Shown piece after piece: positions 26,421-39,586 of a stretch of 64,000 nt of DNA; within the stretch, counting starts at the first letter, position 1; each line of letters starts with the position of its first letter. The position numbers and the translations under genes are program-made. Origin of the DNA: Phallusia mammillata (taxonomy: Eukaryota); assembly GCA_965637545.1 (NCBI GenBank), contig OZ281495.1:8494001-8558000 (forward strand). Reading direction: 5' to 3'. Under the pieces are notes generated by a model. That model saw only the letters and a program-made list of their open reading frames with translations, had not been told where the DNA came from and did no database searches.

Positions 26421-27190
26421 GATTATTGATAAAGTTTTTGTCCGATTTACACCTATTGCTCCGTAATCGCTGCCTTCCCGGTTTTGCAAGGACGTAAACT
26501 GTGCATGAATCTCTTGTTATGATTTTAAACTTGATTGACACTTTGCTGCACTTTTTGCGTTGAAGAATGGCCACAATGATTTGTCAAGCATAGCAGTTCC
26601 CTTAATTAACGTTAAGTGCTAATTTGAGCTTTGTGATTTTACACAATATTCCGTTATTGCAGTTACTCTTTATTTTAAATACAATTTCTGTGTTTTCATA
26701 GATTGCAATTGACATGTACACACAAATATATACTTCAAAAAACAAATATAATTGAAACTGAATTTAGACAGTAACATACGATTGAAAAAATAATATACAT
26801 TTCCAAACACTCCGCTCACATTAAAGTTATTGCTTTTTTTTGCTTTTTTGCTGTTTGTCCAAACAACGAAACATTGCTGAAATTTAAACTATACTGCATT
26901 TGCTTACTGTCATCAACCTTACTTCTGAATACACGAATATGATTACCAATTCATTCGCAACAAAACACCTATTTTGTACATTATATTTACGTATCGCCCG
27001 GGTGGTGGTTATGTTTTCCAAAAGTGCTACTTTTTCGACATGGAGTTGCAAATTGTTTTAAATTTGTCTTTTTGAGCTAATTTGGAGTGATTTTGACAAG
27101 ACATTTTTAGGTTAATAAAAATAAGCTCTCCGACAGGTTTATTATTCGCTTTTGTAGTAACATTATATTCCGTTGTTACGCCTGGTAGCT

Positions 27191-28887
27191 TTATTCAATT
27201 TTCTTGGGGTAAATTTTTATTTGATAAACCCGGTTGACTAAAAAGTTTCCCTGATTTGCACATGTTGATGTACGACCGTATTGTTGGTAAGTTTCGTTGG
27301 CGTTAGCAGAACTGTGACAGCGTCCACTGTTTTGCAAAGATAGAACTTGGTATCCGTTCTTAAAGGCGGCGTTGACGCACTTAGCAATAGACCCCTTGCG
27401 CAACCAGTAGGCTTCAAAAGCCAAGATAGAGTCGTGTTCTAAACTGGGGATGGCGAATGAAGAAGAATTGTCTTTCCAGCATCCAAGGTCGACCAGACGG
27501 ACTGCAACAAAAATGTCTTAAAAAGATTTTTTGTCTAATTTCCCACCAGAAAACATCATATTGTTTTGTGTAAACAGGCATGTAAAGATAAGTACATGGA
27601 GAGTCTATGTTCGCTATTATAAAGTATTTTAACTTTGCTTAAACAGTAGTTAACAAAGATCAATATTGTCATTGATGTCGAATCATCTTGTGACTCATCA
27701 AACATTTAAACAAAGTTACTAAATACAAACTAATAGTCCGTGTGAGTTGATTGTTGTTGCCAGGCGTATATATAACTTGTAGTAATGGTAATATGACACA
27801 CTACCCAACACAATCGTTGTTATAACAACACACAGGGTGTTCAACGGGACAACTCGCACAAACACAGTTCTCAAAACTGTTTAAACGTGTAAAAACTATC
27901 GATAGATACTCGGCATTAGAAAATCGAACATTTCTAAGTTTATCTTTATAGCGGGCAAGTGAAGTGAATATTCAACTTTTCATGTCTTTAAGCATCTCTA
28001 CTAAACATGTATACCTCTGGTGCTTATAATAAGTCGATAAACTTGATTTGCTAACGGACCTCCTCTTCCGTTGACATGGCAACCCGTGGACACTCCGTAC
28101 ATTTTGTATCTCGATTCAGCATTGCAGGAGGCGAGACATTTACCTCCGTCCTGTCCGAACGTTTGTGGTCGAAAACACAAAATTCAGTTGAACGTCGTCG
28201 CAGTTATCGAAATTACAGATAACAACATGCACTGCAATGCACCTGTATGGCGAATATTGTGCTTGAAATGTTAGCTGCTACTCTTGCGCACTTGCTGAAG
28301 ACCAGTTGGCGTGCTTTGTAGTTGTGGTTGTATAATGGATGATCTTCTGCATTTGCGATCGCATTCACATCACGCTGATCCGCCCAACATCCAAGATTCT
28401 CGTATCGGGCTGCAAAACGGGATTAAAACTGATTTCGTGTAAAAAACTGATTTCGTGTTGGGTTTTACCGTATTATGATTGTTATTTGTTACCCCTATGT
28501 GGAACGTGATAACTAATCTCGTTATTCACTTTAAAAAATTAAGAATGCAAACAATGACGCCATGACGCAAAAATGGTAATCTGAATAAAACCCTAAAATT
28601 GGTACTGCCACGATGAAAACTACTCCTGTAAAAAATATTTGCAAAATGTTTGTTACATCACCTTTCTTGCCTTAAATGCTATCTACATTTAAAGAGTTTT
28701 TAACTTTCATCCCTTTTTATATTTTTTCTGATAGAATTGTTTATTTTTGGTTATGGCGACATGGAAAGTTTACAAAAACTACAATACAAAATAACAATGA
28801 AAGTAACTTGCCTGCGTGGAAATAGCGGTCCAGTGCGTGAACGCTAAAACAAACTGACAACAAAATTACACTTTTTAAAAACAGCAT
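27191..28887 (-). CDS. WSC gene C: secreted protein with two WSC-like domains, 229 aa
   Basis: Exons 28812-28887 (signal MLFLKSVILLSVCFSVHA; GC donor GCAAGT), 28243-28409, 28015-28150, 27191-27501; 690 nt, open. Same intron phases (1,0,1) as A and B. Confidence 0.86.
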
Positions 28888-29419
28888 TTCTGAAGTAAAC
28901 ACTGCAACAAACTTTATCACCAATTTTGCCGAAATTATGTTTGCCCAATTAATATCGCAACGCAACCCTATGTAAAAGTGCAATGATTCATATAGTTTAT
29001 TATCGACTGTTATTTGTTTAGCTGTATTTATTTTGGATGGATGAATCAGACATAACACGTAAATGTGTTGCACTTTTTATCTCACTAATGTACAGATGAC
29101 GTGTACCAGTTTTGTAATACGATTTTTATGGAGACCACACCAATATCATTGCATTTTGCTCGCCACTAAGACTAGTTTTATAAAAATTTAGTAAGCCGTA
29201 TTCCATGCACAACACTTCGAAGGAATATTTCTTTTCATAGTGAAATATTTTGTTTTCCGTTGTCCTTACTTTTGCAGATATCAGCCAGATTTTTATTAAC
29301 GTAAATACTGTACCATAGATAAGCTTCTTTAATAGTTTGTTTGAGCCAAACAGAATCAGTCTCGACAACATTCCATAACCTACTATATACTTCACCAAAA
29401 CGCGTTTAACTTCATCAGC

Positions 29420-29437
29420 ACCTTATTCAAATAGAAT
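29420..29437 (-). ncRNA. Spliced-leader-like sequence ATTCTATTTGAATAAG followed by GT
   Basis: Exact 16/16 match to the Ciona-type SL exon as I recall it (29422-29437, minus strand), immediately followed by a GT donor. A functional SL RNA gene is not demonstrated. Confidence 0.45.
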
Positions 29438-29455
29438 ATCTGCCTCAATTACCAT

Positions 29456-30181
29456 TGTTACGGAATTATTTTGGTAACCTCGAAATTTAGAGAAAGTTGT
29501 TTGGGTGCGAGATCTTTAACGCTAAACCTTCCCAACTATCCCGATTGTATTCTAACACTCGAGGCTACCTCCCTAATTCGTAAAACGGTCCAAGACCCTG
29601 CACTAACGGCTTATCGCTAAAACCAATTGTTACAACGGTGACTTCGCTACTGGCCAAAACAATATATATTATAATGAATAAAACTGTTGAAAAGTACTGT
29701 TCAATCACGTTACGTTAAGTTACACAATACCACAGCGCAGCACAGCAGCACAACAGCACCAAAAACAATCGCGTACACTTCACCGGGGCCAGGAGAGAAC
29801 TGCCTCACCAAACACGAGGAGAAACGACGTCACATGCCTCTAGGAATGTGACCAATCACAACGCGTCACGAGAAATTACTGAAGCGGGGATGCGTTCGAA
29901 ATGTTACCGGTGTAAAAGTACAAATAAAGATATTAAAGTGAAAAGGGGTGAAAATGGAACACAAGAAAACAAAAGTGGAAAAACAAGAAGTGAAAGGAAT
30001 AACGTGAAAATAAATATGGCTAAACAAACAAACATTATAAAACAAAACGACTAATATATTAATAGGTAAATAAAGTTACAGTGAAAAGCAAGTGCAATAA
30101 TAAAAATAATAAATAAGCAGATGCCAAACTAAGTGAACACAGTGAATAAAATAAACTAAGTGAACACCGGTTCACGTTACA
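29456..30181. mobile_element. Solo LTR (Gypsy-like), 726 bp
   Basis: Termini TGTTACG...CGTTACA with a 4-bp TSD CCAT (29452-29455, 30182-30185). Internal CCAAT and CRE-like motifs, and an A-rich right third. Confidence 0.8.
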
Positions 30182-30857
30182 CCATCTCATCGTGTTAACT
30201 TAATCTTCCACGCAGCGTTTCGGCTTTTTTTAAATGTTTTTTATTTACCTAAGCACTACACATTCGTCAAAGATTCATGTTTTTTTTCATGAATTTAAGT
30301 GGCAAAACGACTGTCCGTCAAAACATATTATTGTTGAAAGAAACGACATGAAAAAGGTGCGCTAGAGGTAGAAGAATAGAAGACGATAACGAAACCTGCG
30401 CTTCTGTTACAGCAAATAAGTTTGGAACCACTGTCCATATTCCTTTATTTATTTCTAATGCAGCTTAAACAATCATCTCTATTTGTTACACCGTTTATTT
30501 ACACATATAAGTCGTGCACACATTTACATTAGGTCACATTGAACAAACATTCGAAAAAAAATCACCACATTCTGTTGAAATTACGTTAAAATACATTAAA
30601 AGAACTGATATGTGCAATATAAAGCGGAATAAGCTTTAGACAGAGCATTGTTTATGAGAATTTATTACACGAAAAAGGCTAAATTATTATTTGTGTTTGT
30701 AAAACAAAAACATGTTCAGTCCTGTGGTCATTAGACAATGAGTGTTAAACAAATGTTAAAAAATGGAACCACATGTTTATAAAAATAACAAAATTGTGAA
30801 AAAACTGTGGCATCAAATTTGAAAAATCATGTCTATGTCGTCATAATACGATTGAAA

Positions 30858-33800
30858 TCAACAGTCAAAAGGTCTGATTTTTACGTCATCAATCGCAATG
30901 TCACCTTCGTAATCTGAGCCCCTTGTTCCCTCGAACACAACCTGAAAGGGCTCCGTCGAAGTAATGGTGGCACTTCCCAACGACCAAACGTTACCTGATA
31001 ACAATATTTAGTTTGAACTGTATCACATATATAATCAAAGTGACCTAAGTTCTATCTCATACACCAGGATGAGGCGTGGCTAAGTGTGATGTAATTAACT
31101 GTATCTTGACTAACATTTTGTATCTTGACAAGGTTTGTTTGTTACAGACGGTTTTGCTTGTTCAAACAAATACGAATATTTACCAAAATAGTGAAAATTT
31201 CAAGTGTTTGCGTTACCTATACCAGGTTATGAACCGAAAAGCAGTTGTTAGGTGTTACATTAATAAACATGACGACAGAGCAATAATTTGTACCACAACC
31301 ACCACCGCTAAAAATTATGTTGAATGGACATAAAAGAAGAGAGCTTTTTGCGACCAAAACGTTTTTAAACTTCGCCTCACATTTGTTTGTTTTGCCAACA
31401 GATACAATGTATATCTTACCTTGATTGCCGCTCAGGCTCCATACGAATGCATTGGAACGATTTGGTCTCTTTAAATAGACTTTCAATGTCCCAATATGGC
31501 TGCCCTATGCAAACAAATCTGTGTCGTTTAATCTATTTAAATAGGAGATTTACGGTGTCCCTATTAGGTATTGAGATGTATCATTGGTTTTGAATTGTTT
31601 TGACGGAATTGTGGTTCTATGGGATTAAAATGGTGGTTGGTTTCTGCTCTATTGTCGTTTGCAAAAATAACATCATCATTTGTAGTACAATCTAAAATCA
31701 TTGTAAACCTGTCAAGGTGTGGATTTGCAAGTCATTCTGTCAAATAGTCTTAAAAATGTTACTTTGAAGCGATTTAATATTTGTTGTAAGTAGTCCTTCT
31801 AATACTTACATACATATGGTAGTGAAATTGAAGGTATTGACCTGAAAAAAGCATCATTTTTTAAAATTTGTTTCTTCTTTCAAGTTAAAAACACATAATC
31901 AATCGTGTATATGCTTAAGCCAGGGATGCTCGACCTGTTTTGACTCAAGATCGACTTTTGACCTATTCAAACTATCGGGATCTACCATTTCAAAACAATA
32001 CCAGAATATGCGTTGATTAGCAATGGATAACAAATGTAAAGCTTTAACTAATTGACATCGGTAATCCAAACCTTCGCCAAATCTCGACCTTTTTTTTGGT
32101 CCAAATGGTTGCGGATTGAGGTTTACTTTCTTACCCAAAGGCATATTTAGTGTCTAAACCAGCAAAAAAGCGCGGAAGAGTAAAAAACCGTCTCCCTGAA
32201 ATTACTTCGTGGAGCAATGGCAGTTTTGGAATCGTATTTTAAGTATATTCAACGTTTGTGGTCCGCCTAAGCGTCTAAGCAAGTGTTTCAGAAAATGCAA
32301 AAACTACAATTAAATAAAATCTACAAGCACTAGAAACTGATACCAAATTCACTAGAACTGCAAAATGTTATGTTTGCAAACCGGTTGAAAAAGCCTTGTT
32401 TAATATTTGTGCGTTGAAGAATAACTTTAGTCTATAAATTTTGAAAATTTGAGTAAAATTAAATAACATACAGACAACTTTCCACCAAAAAAATATAATG
32501 AGATGAAAAATTACATCATTTTTTTACCATTGGTTGGTGGCAACATTGGTGAAACCAGTCTTGCTTTGTCAAGATTTTGTCGAGGACTCGTTTCAATGTA
32601 CATGTAGTGACCTAATTAATAATATAAATGAATTTAGTAAATAAGTTAAATATATATACTGCCTCTTCTTAAAAAAAGTTATTTTTTAGATTTTTTAACT
32701 TTTTGTTTTGTATGAAGTATCAAGCTTAATTTAAAACTGGATTATTTCACTCCATTTTATTGTCAGATTGTGGTTTGTAAATTGAACAAGTTATATGGCA
32801 TTTTTTTAATTGGTATTGTTAATTAATTCTCCCATTTTTCATACTTGAGTACTAACCTCCAGTAGTTCCCAGTGTATGATCTGCACTTGGACCTGTACCA
32901 ACTGATGACGTGGACCCAGAATGCCTTGTCCAAGTAAAATGAGCGCTCAAATCATCAGTGAAGTTACACAAACCACATTCAAAGTCACAACTAAAAGGTC
33001 TCACTGGAAAACAAATACAAAACATCCATTCCATCTACAATGTCACAACACTACAAACACATTGTAAGCATACAGTATTTGGGCATTGTTTCTCCCATGA
33101 GCATAAAGTATAACAAACTAACAACCGGGTGCATATTTTTTTTTAAATGGTTGCGAACTTAAACTACAGGGCTTTCTCAGGAAAATCACGAGAATTCTGC
33201 GGGTTTTCGTTACGTCACGTTTAGGTTGATACGCAGTTTGACTACAATATTGTCGACGATGCAATGTTTTATGCCAGTCGTGTATGAAGAGGACTAAGAA
33301 ACATTTTAGCGTCTAAACATGGCAAAGACTGATGCACTTAGGATGTTTGAACTGAAGGTAATGCTCATTAGGTTATATATAGTAGTAAATCATAGTAGTA
33401 AATTATGCACAAGTCTATAATGTCTTCTGCAGAATATGTTTTTTATTAATGAACGACACTCACACGACCTTTAAGAACGTTTTTAATTGTTGTGTTAAAT
33501 ATTACACATTAATTGCGATCACATATAACCATTACAACCATCACTAAACTGTGCCAAACGTACTTTGAATCTGAGGGCGGCCGGTTGCTACGTAAGGTGT
33601 CCTCTGACTGGTTTAAAAAATCTGATACGCGGGGTGTGTTGTGTTTGGTTAAAAGGCATCGTGAACCGGAAACGTTCTCCATTGTGATTGGCTTAAAAAA
33701 CCCTCGTTCGAATTTAGAAAATGTGGAAATATGCTCCCGGGACTAAAGTAATTGTTTTGCTGTATTTCATTTGGGTTAGTAAAGCGTTTGTTAATGTTCT

Positions 33801-36800
33801 ATAAAGCAACAAACTAGTTGAAACGCCAATGTGGGAAACTTTAGTTGAACAAAACACATTGTAATTATAAATGGCCCATGCCCTTTCCCACACATTCAAT
33901 CAAGTGTCAAAACTTAACGCTTAATCTGCTTCTAGTCTGCTTTAAGTATTACCGCTTCATTTTCGGTCAGCGCTATGTAATAATTTCACAAAACCTTTGG
34001 TGCGAGGGAGTTTATTGTTGCGAAGGGTCATATAATATTAATGACATTACGCCATGAGTAATCACTTCTATTTGAATACAGTATATAGAAGTGAAAGTCA
34101 TTGTTAACAACGATCAGACAGTAATATTTTCAATAGGTATGATTTGGATTGCAAGTGAGATTATGGACAGAATTTTTGTCCTCCAAAAAACAGATGGAAA
34201 GTAGGCACAGAGTTCCTGTTTAGTTTTTTTTCAAAAAACAACAACATTGGAATAAAAGTCTAAGACAAACGTATACATTCGTAGGATTGCAAGTAGTACT
34301 CCAGGGCCTAAAACATCACCATACTAACGAGGCAATCGTAACAAAGTTTTACCTTTCAAAGCTGTCAATGTTGTTTGAATAGATTCAATGTTGTTGTTTG
34401 TTCCGGTGAGACGACTCGAATAATTTGCACTCATTTCTGGATGAAAAAAGCAGAATTAATATGGATACATGGATACGCGACAAATGTTCAAATATGACTA
34501 GAAACCGATATTTTGTCTTGTACATCAGTAACAAATCTGTTGTATACATGACCGAATCAGAAAGTTCCAGTCTGAAATCCGATAAAAGCATAAAATTAAA
34601 GACAAAATTACACTTTTGGTCAAGGAAATGTGGTCAAATAAAAATGTAAACTGCGTCTTTGCTTTACCTTGAACGTCGAACATTCTCGATTCCATGGTTG
34701 ACATATTGTGCTGCAATGTGCCTAAACAAATAAAACAAATACGTTATAATCAATTAATTTTTAACAAGGCTTGTATGCAATGCTGACAAACACAAACAAA
34801 TATGTTAGTTAGGAGGGGATATATATCTATAGCGGCGCTTGAAGTCGAGATTCATTTCAAAAACATATAAGAGAGGCTATGAACTATGGAAAGGTAGACA
34901 GGTATCTATTTTAACCACGTGCTTAATACAAGATCAAGGTAAAAAGTTTGATTGTTTAAATTCAACACTTGTTCAAAATTTTGATGCAAAATAGGATATT
35001 AAACCGACCATCCGCTTATAAGCACTTTATTAAAGAGTCAAAACTCAACAAGCAACCTGCTTCAAGGAAGTATCTTAGCTACAATGAACAATTTTTCATG
35101 TGATTGTTTTGACAAGAAGCGCTAATTAAACGCTTTCGTGTCGTCATTTCTGCACCAAACAATTGAATAAACCTAATGATAACCCCATTTACAAATCAAT
35201 CATTTTACAAAAACTATTTTGTCGTTATTGTTGAGGATCAATCATTTTGCGGAAGTTTTTGTGCAAAGCAGTTTATTTGGTGCAGGGGTCACGTGGTGTT
35301 CAAAATGTTTCAACTTTGCTTCAGCTCGGCTTTGAATTTTGTAAATGAAACAAATTGTTTGCAGTCACTTTTGGCGAACCACATAGCAGTTATTTGTTCG
35401 ATTGCATGATTCAAATACTTTTGATCTAACAAGTTTTCAAGCCATAAGGGTAATCTATGTTAAAAAAACAACGCTTTTGTAGTCACATTCTCACCGAGCG
35501 TGACTAAAAATTGGCTCAAGATTTTCAATGGCATCATTGCATATACTTTCGTATAAAGTGCAAACACAATGCATTGCATGTTTCCTGGTTTAAAATCATG
35601 ACATCGAGCAAATGTTTAGGTCACCAACGTTGATGATTTTTATGTTGCTGTTTAATTGTTTCTAAACCGCTTGACACAGAAGGTTTTTCGCCATTTAAAT
35701 GATTGGTTAAAACGCAGTTACGAGCGCGCTTTAAAAGTTTTCGCAATATGAACCTATGCATTCATACGATTGTATGTAGTACTGAGCCTAAATATCAACA
35801 TAATAAGGAGGTAATCGTAACAAAGTTTTACCTTCCAAACCTGCCAATGTAGTTTGGAGAGATTCAATGTTGTTGTTTGTTGCGGTGAGACGACTCGAAT
35901 AATTTGCGTTGATTTCTGAATGTTCCTTGAGAAAACGTCAAATATATAACAAATATAAGCAGGTTTAAATGTTGATACACGACAGGTGTTTGATTATGAA
36001 TAAAAACTGATATTTTATCTGATACATCAGTGACAAACATAGGACCGAATGTTGTATACAGGACCGAAAAGTACCAGACCGAAAACAAAATAGGAAAGCC
36101 ATTATTAGGCTTGAATGTTGTTAAAATTATGCCATTTTTAAGAAATTGTAAATATTTCACGTGCAGAAATAGCAATCATGGTAATATTAAAATCATGGTA
36201 ATATAGTAATATTTTAATAAAAAAATAACATCAAGTTTAGGATAAAATTATCCCGAATAAAGTCCCCTATAAAAGTAGTCACGTTTAGGTTTCGCAATGA
36301 TAAATATCTAAATGTGGGATTGCAAGTTGTACACTAGAGCTTCAAATATCACCATAAGAAACAAGGCAATAGTAACTTATAACAAAGTTTTACCTTTTAA
36401 AGCTGTTCTTTAGTAAAAGGGTTTACAAAACAGCATGTTTTTTTTTTATCCACAAACTAATATGCTCAGACCTGGAACATTTTTAAATTAAACCCAAGAA
36501 ATGATTTGCGCGGAATAACACCATTTCTGATAAACGGAAAATTTTCTCGATTTTTATGAAAAAAGCTTTTTTAACGTTATACGCGGAAAGGTACTATTTT
36601 TCAAAAATGATTTGGAACTGCTCAATTACAACTACTAACGAATAGCACCGTTTATGAATAAAAAACGTCTTATCATACCACTTATTTCCATCATTCCAAA
36701 TTTTGCAGAAATCTAGTAAAAAACAAAATATCTAGTAAACACGTAATTTTGATGTGCTGATATATCTATCAGTCGTACCGAGAAATAAAGAGCAACAAAT

Positions 36801-38233
36801 CCCGTAGAGAAAATCAGCAGTAGAAACATTAGACTCAACCACATCAGTTTTCGAATGCTTTGGACACTTTTTTGTGTTTCAATCATCATATTTTCCATTT
36901 TTTCGTTTTTTCTCACTTCGGAGGTGGCTTGAAACGTTTCTACAAATAACACGAGAAAGTATAAATATAAATGCATACACTAATTCAACAACACTAGGCC
37001 TACCATATTTTCATCCCCCCAAAAGAGGACACATTGTTGAAAGAAAATGAAAAAATATTTTAAGGGCATCCCCCAAATAAAAGCCTTCGAAATTAGACGC
37101 TATAGAATAGTTTGCATAAAGTTTAACGTTTATCACATAAAATACGCTTGTATTTTCAAAAAAATGTAAAAATATTCAAAAAAATAAGCTGTAATTTGGC
37201 TGCCTTCAAAGGCATGATTGTCACATATGTATTTGGTAAATCAGAAATTCTTCGAAAACGAGGACATTTGGGCACTTTTTCTTGTCTTTGGAGGACAACA
37301 AGTTTTTTGTTAAAAAGGAGGGCATGTCCTCCAAAAAGAGGACACCAGGATTGGAAGAAAGGTAGACAAACATGTAAGGTTTTGAGGTTGGTCCGTAATA
37401 TTGCAACAAAAATAGCTCTGAATAAAAGCTCTTAAAAGTGCGGAAACTGGACAGTTACGCACAATGATGCAAATATTAGGCCGAACCCGAAAGTACAAGG
37501 GAAAAAATGTTCTAAACGTGAATGACCTTGTGTTCGGTTCCGCAACCAAATTGTTACATCAAACGTGCAAATGGGCCTGAAGTTTGAGCCCGAACCCGAA
37601 AGTACAAGCCCGAAACCCGGCCCTAACCCAAATCGTTTTTGAGAAAAAAAGCCCGTTTATGCCTGAAAGTTTGATTGACAGGCCTATACATTGAAGCCCC
37701 AGAAAAGAACAAGATAACAAGAACAATAGACAACATAAGACAATCGGTCTAAAACCAGACTGTTTGACAATAGGTCAGCTCCAGCATGTAGCTAATTACA
37801 GTTATTTTAAAAAAATACTGACATGGAGTGTAAATGCAGACCCGAATCATTTCTGAACAAACCAAGACCCAAACCCGGCCCGAAAAGCTTGGCCCGACTT
37901 ACAACTTCGTGCCACATATACCCAAACACAAAAATCTCAAAATGTACAAATATACGCAACAATTAAACCACATACTAGCTGCGTATATATAACCAATCTA
38001 AAATATTAACTACTCAACCTTGCACAGATGGAAAGTTCGTAACTGGCACATTTTTGTTTAAAATGTTGGTTCGCCCCAATCAACAGTTGAACTGATTCGG
38101 AATAATGTAGCACCGTTTCAAAGTGACAATACATTTAGGTCAGGTATAAGCAACTAAAATGAAACACATTCTACGTACCATAAACTTGCTCCTCTAATTC
38201 CATTCCAGGCAGTTCACGGTTTTGTGTATTCAT
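30858..38233 (-). CDS. G2: type II membrane protein, TM + coiled-coil stalk + MAM domain, about 318 aa
   Basis: Exons 38179-38233, 36779-36939 (TM), 36679-36712, 35832-35915, 34668-34721, 34353-34436, then MAM exons 32857-33003, 32528-32611, 31810-31841, 31420-31504, 30858-30994; 957 nt, open. MAM motifs FSCDFECGLCNF..W..TGPSADHT, GHYMYIETS..ARLVSP, LQFHYHMYG..IGTL.V, WSLSGNQG..W, FQVVFEG..GDIAIDDV. Confidence 0.9.
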
Positions 38234-39528
38234 TGTCTTTAGCAGTTGTGGCTTTAACGTACGTAAGTTTATGGCTGCAGCATTCTATCACTTTGCGGCT
38301 TCTGTAATATTGCAAAAATAACGTGTTAACACGCCTGGGGTCGCCAAATGTTGCGAGGTGTTTATTGGAGGTACATCTTAATAGAATGACACATGCACGA
38401 ACTATGAATACGCCGCATACAAACAACAAGAGTGAAAAAAGAAGGCAATTTGTTTTTCACCCACTCCCACACATAAAGCCGTTGCGAGGTTGTAGAGTTT
38501 GAATATTGTGACTTTTTCCAATATGTAGTTTCAAAAAACTTTTCAACCTGCTCAACACACAAAACGGGTCCTGTGGTTATAAAAGTTGTGGTCGGGTTGG
38601 GCTCTCCAAACGCAATCGCCTGTTAGCACCTCCAATCGCCTATTTATTCTCCAGCGCCCTCTCAATGATACCAAACGCCCAGGTTGAGAGCTACTGATGT
38701 GCTTTACAAAACAAAAAAACAGGAAACATCATTTCCCAGTATGCGGCTAGCGGTGGAATAAGAGTAAATTTTTAAAACAACATCACCTGGCTGTAAAACG
38801 GATTTTATTTAATTGCATAAAAAAACTTTAAATTAGTTTGAACGTGCACCACGGATTCTTTCAAATACTTGCAAGTTTTTTTTTTCTCTTTTACGCACTT
38901 TTGCAGTCGTAAACTGGATTCTACTATTTAAATAACAATATTAAACCTTTAAAAAAATGTGGCCTTAATATCAGCATATAATCTTTGGCATAAGATTGTT
39001 ATGTAGCTACAGATAACCAACATTAACATATTGATAGCTCTGAATAAAAGCTCTTAAAAGTGCGGAAATGTGGAACACTTACACACAAGTAGAAAACCTC
39101 TTCTAAACTTGAATATTTTTTAATGCCTAACAATGGTTGTATGTTTAGTTTGAAGTCAATGTTGTCACTTTACACGCACATATAAAAAATATTCGGGTCG
39201 CCAAACTGTTCGCAACAGATTAAATCACACACCCGGTGTACATACCTTTTGGAAAAAGAAATTGAAATTATATAGCAAATGCGCAAGAGTTGGACTCGGG
39301 CTCGTAATTGTCTCATTTGTATTTAGCAACATAAGCTCGGCTCGATTTACTCTGTAGTGGTGCCCTTCAAATAACTCGCTGCAAATCAAGAGTTGATCTG
39401 ATTCAGGTTAACATTGCATCGTCTCAGAGTAACAAAACATTTAGGTCAGGTCCCCATCAAGTCAAGAGTTTGACATTTAAGATTCAACTTCAATTTCGCG
39501 TAACTTAAACAAAACAGATCCTATGTAC

Positions 39529-39586
39529 CATAATCATGTTGTTCCATTTCCGTCGTTCCAGGCAGATCACGGTTCTGTGTCTTCAT
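39529..39586 (-). CDS. Second copy of the G2 first coding exon (alternative N-terminus or remnant)
   Basis: MKTQNRDLPGTTEMEQHDY followed by a phase-1 GTACAT donor. Homologous to exon 1 of G1-G4. No TM exon of its own was found. Confidence 0.7.

Noticed and set aside
26057-26497. 146-aa Gly/Phe-rich ORF
   Set aside because: It is a translation of the CGGGCCGGGTTCGGG repeat element.
29126-29398. 90-aa ORF downstream of the SL-like motif as a retrogene
   Set aside because: No recognisable protein, poly(A) tail or TSD.
34066-34081. Second spliced-leader-like match (TTCTATTTGAATA)
   Set aside because: Only 13 contiguous AT-rich bases and no GT at the right place, so compatible with chance.
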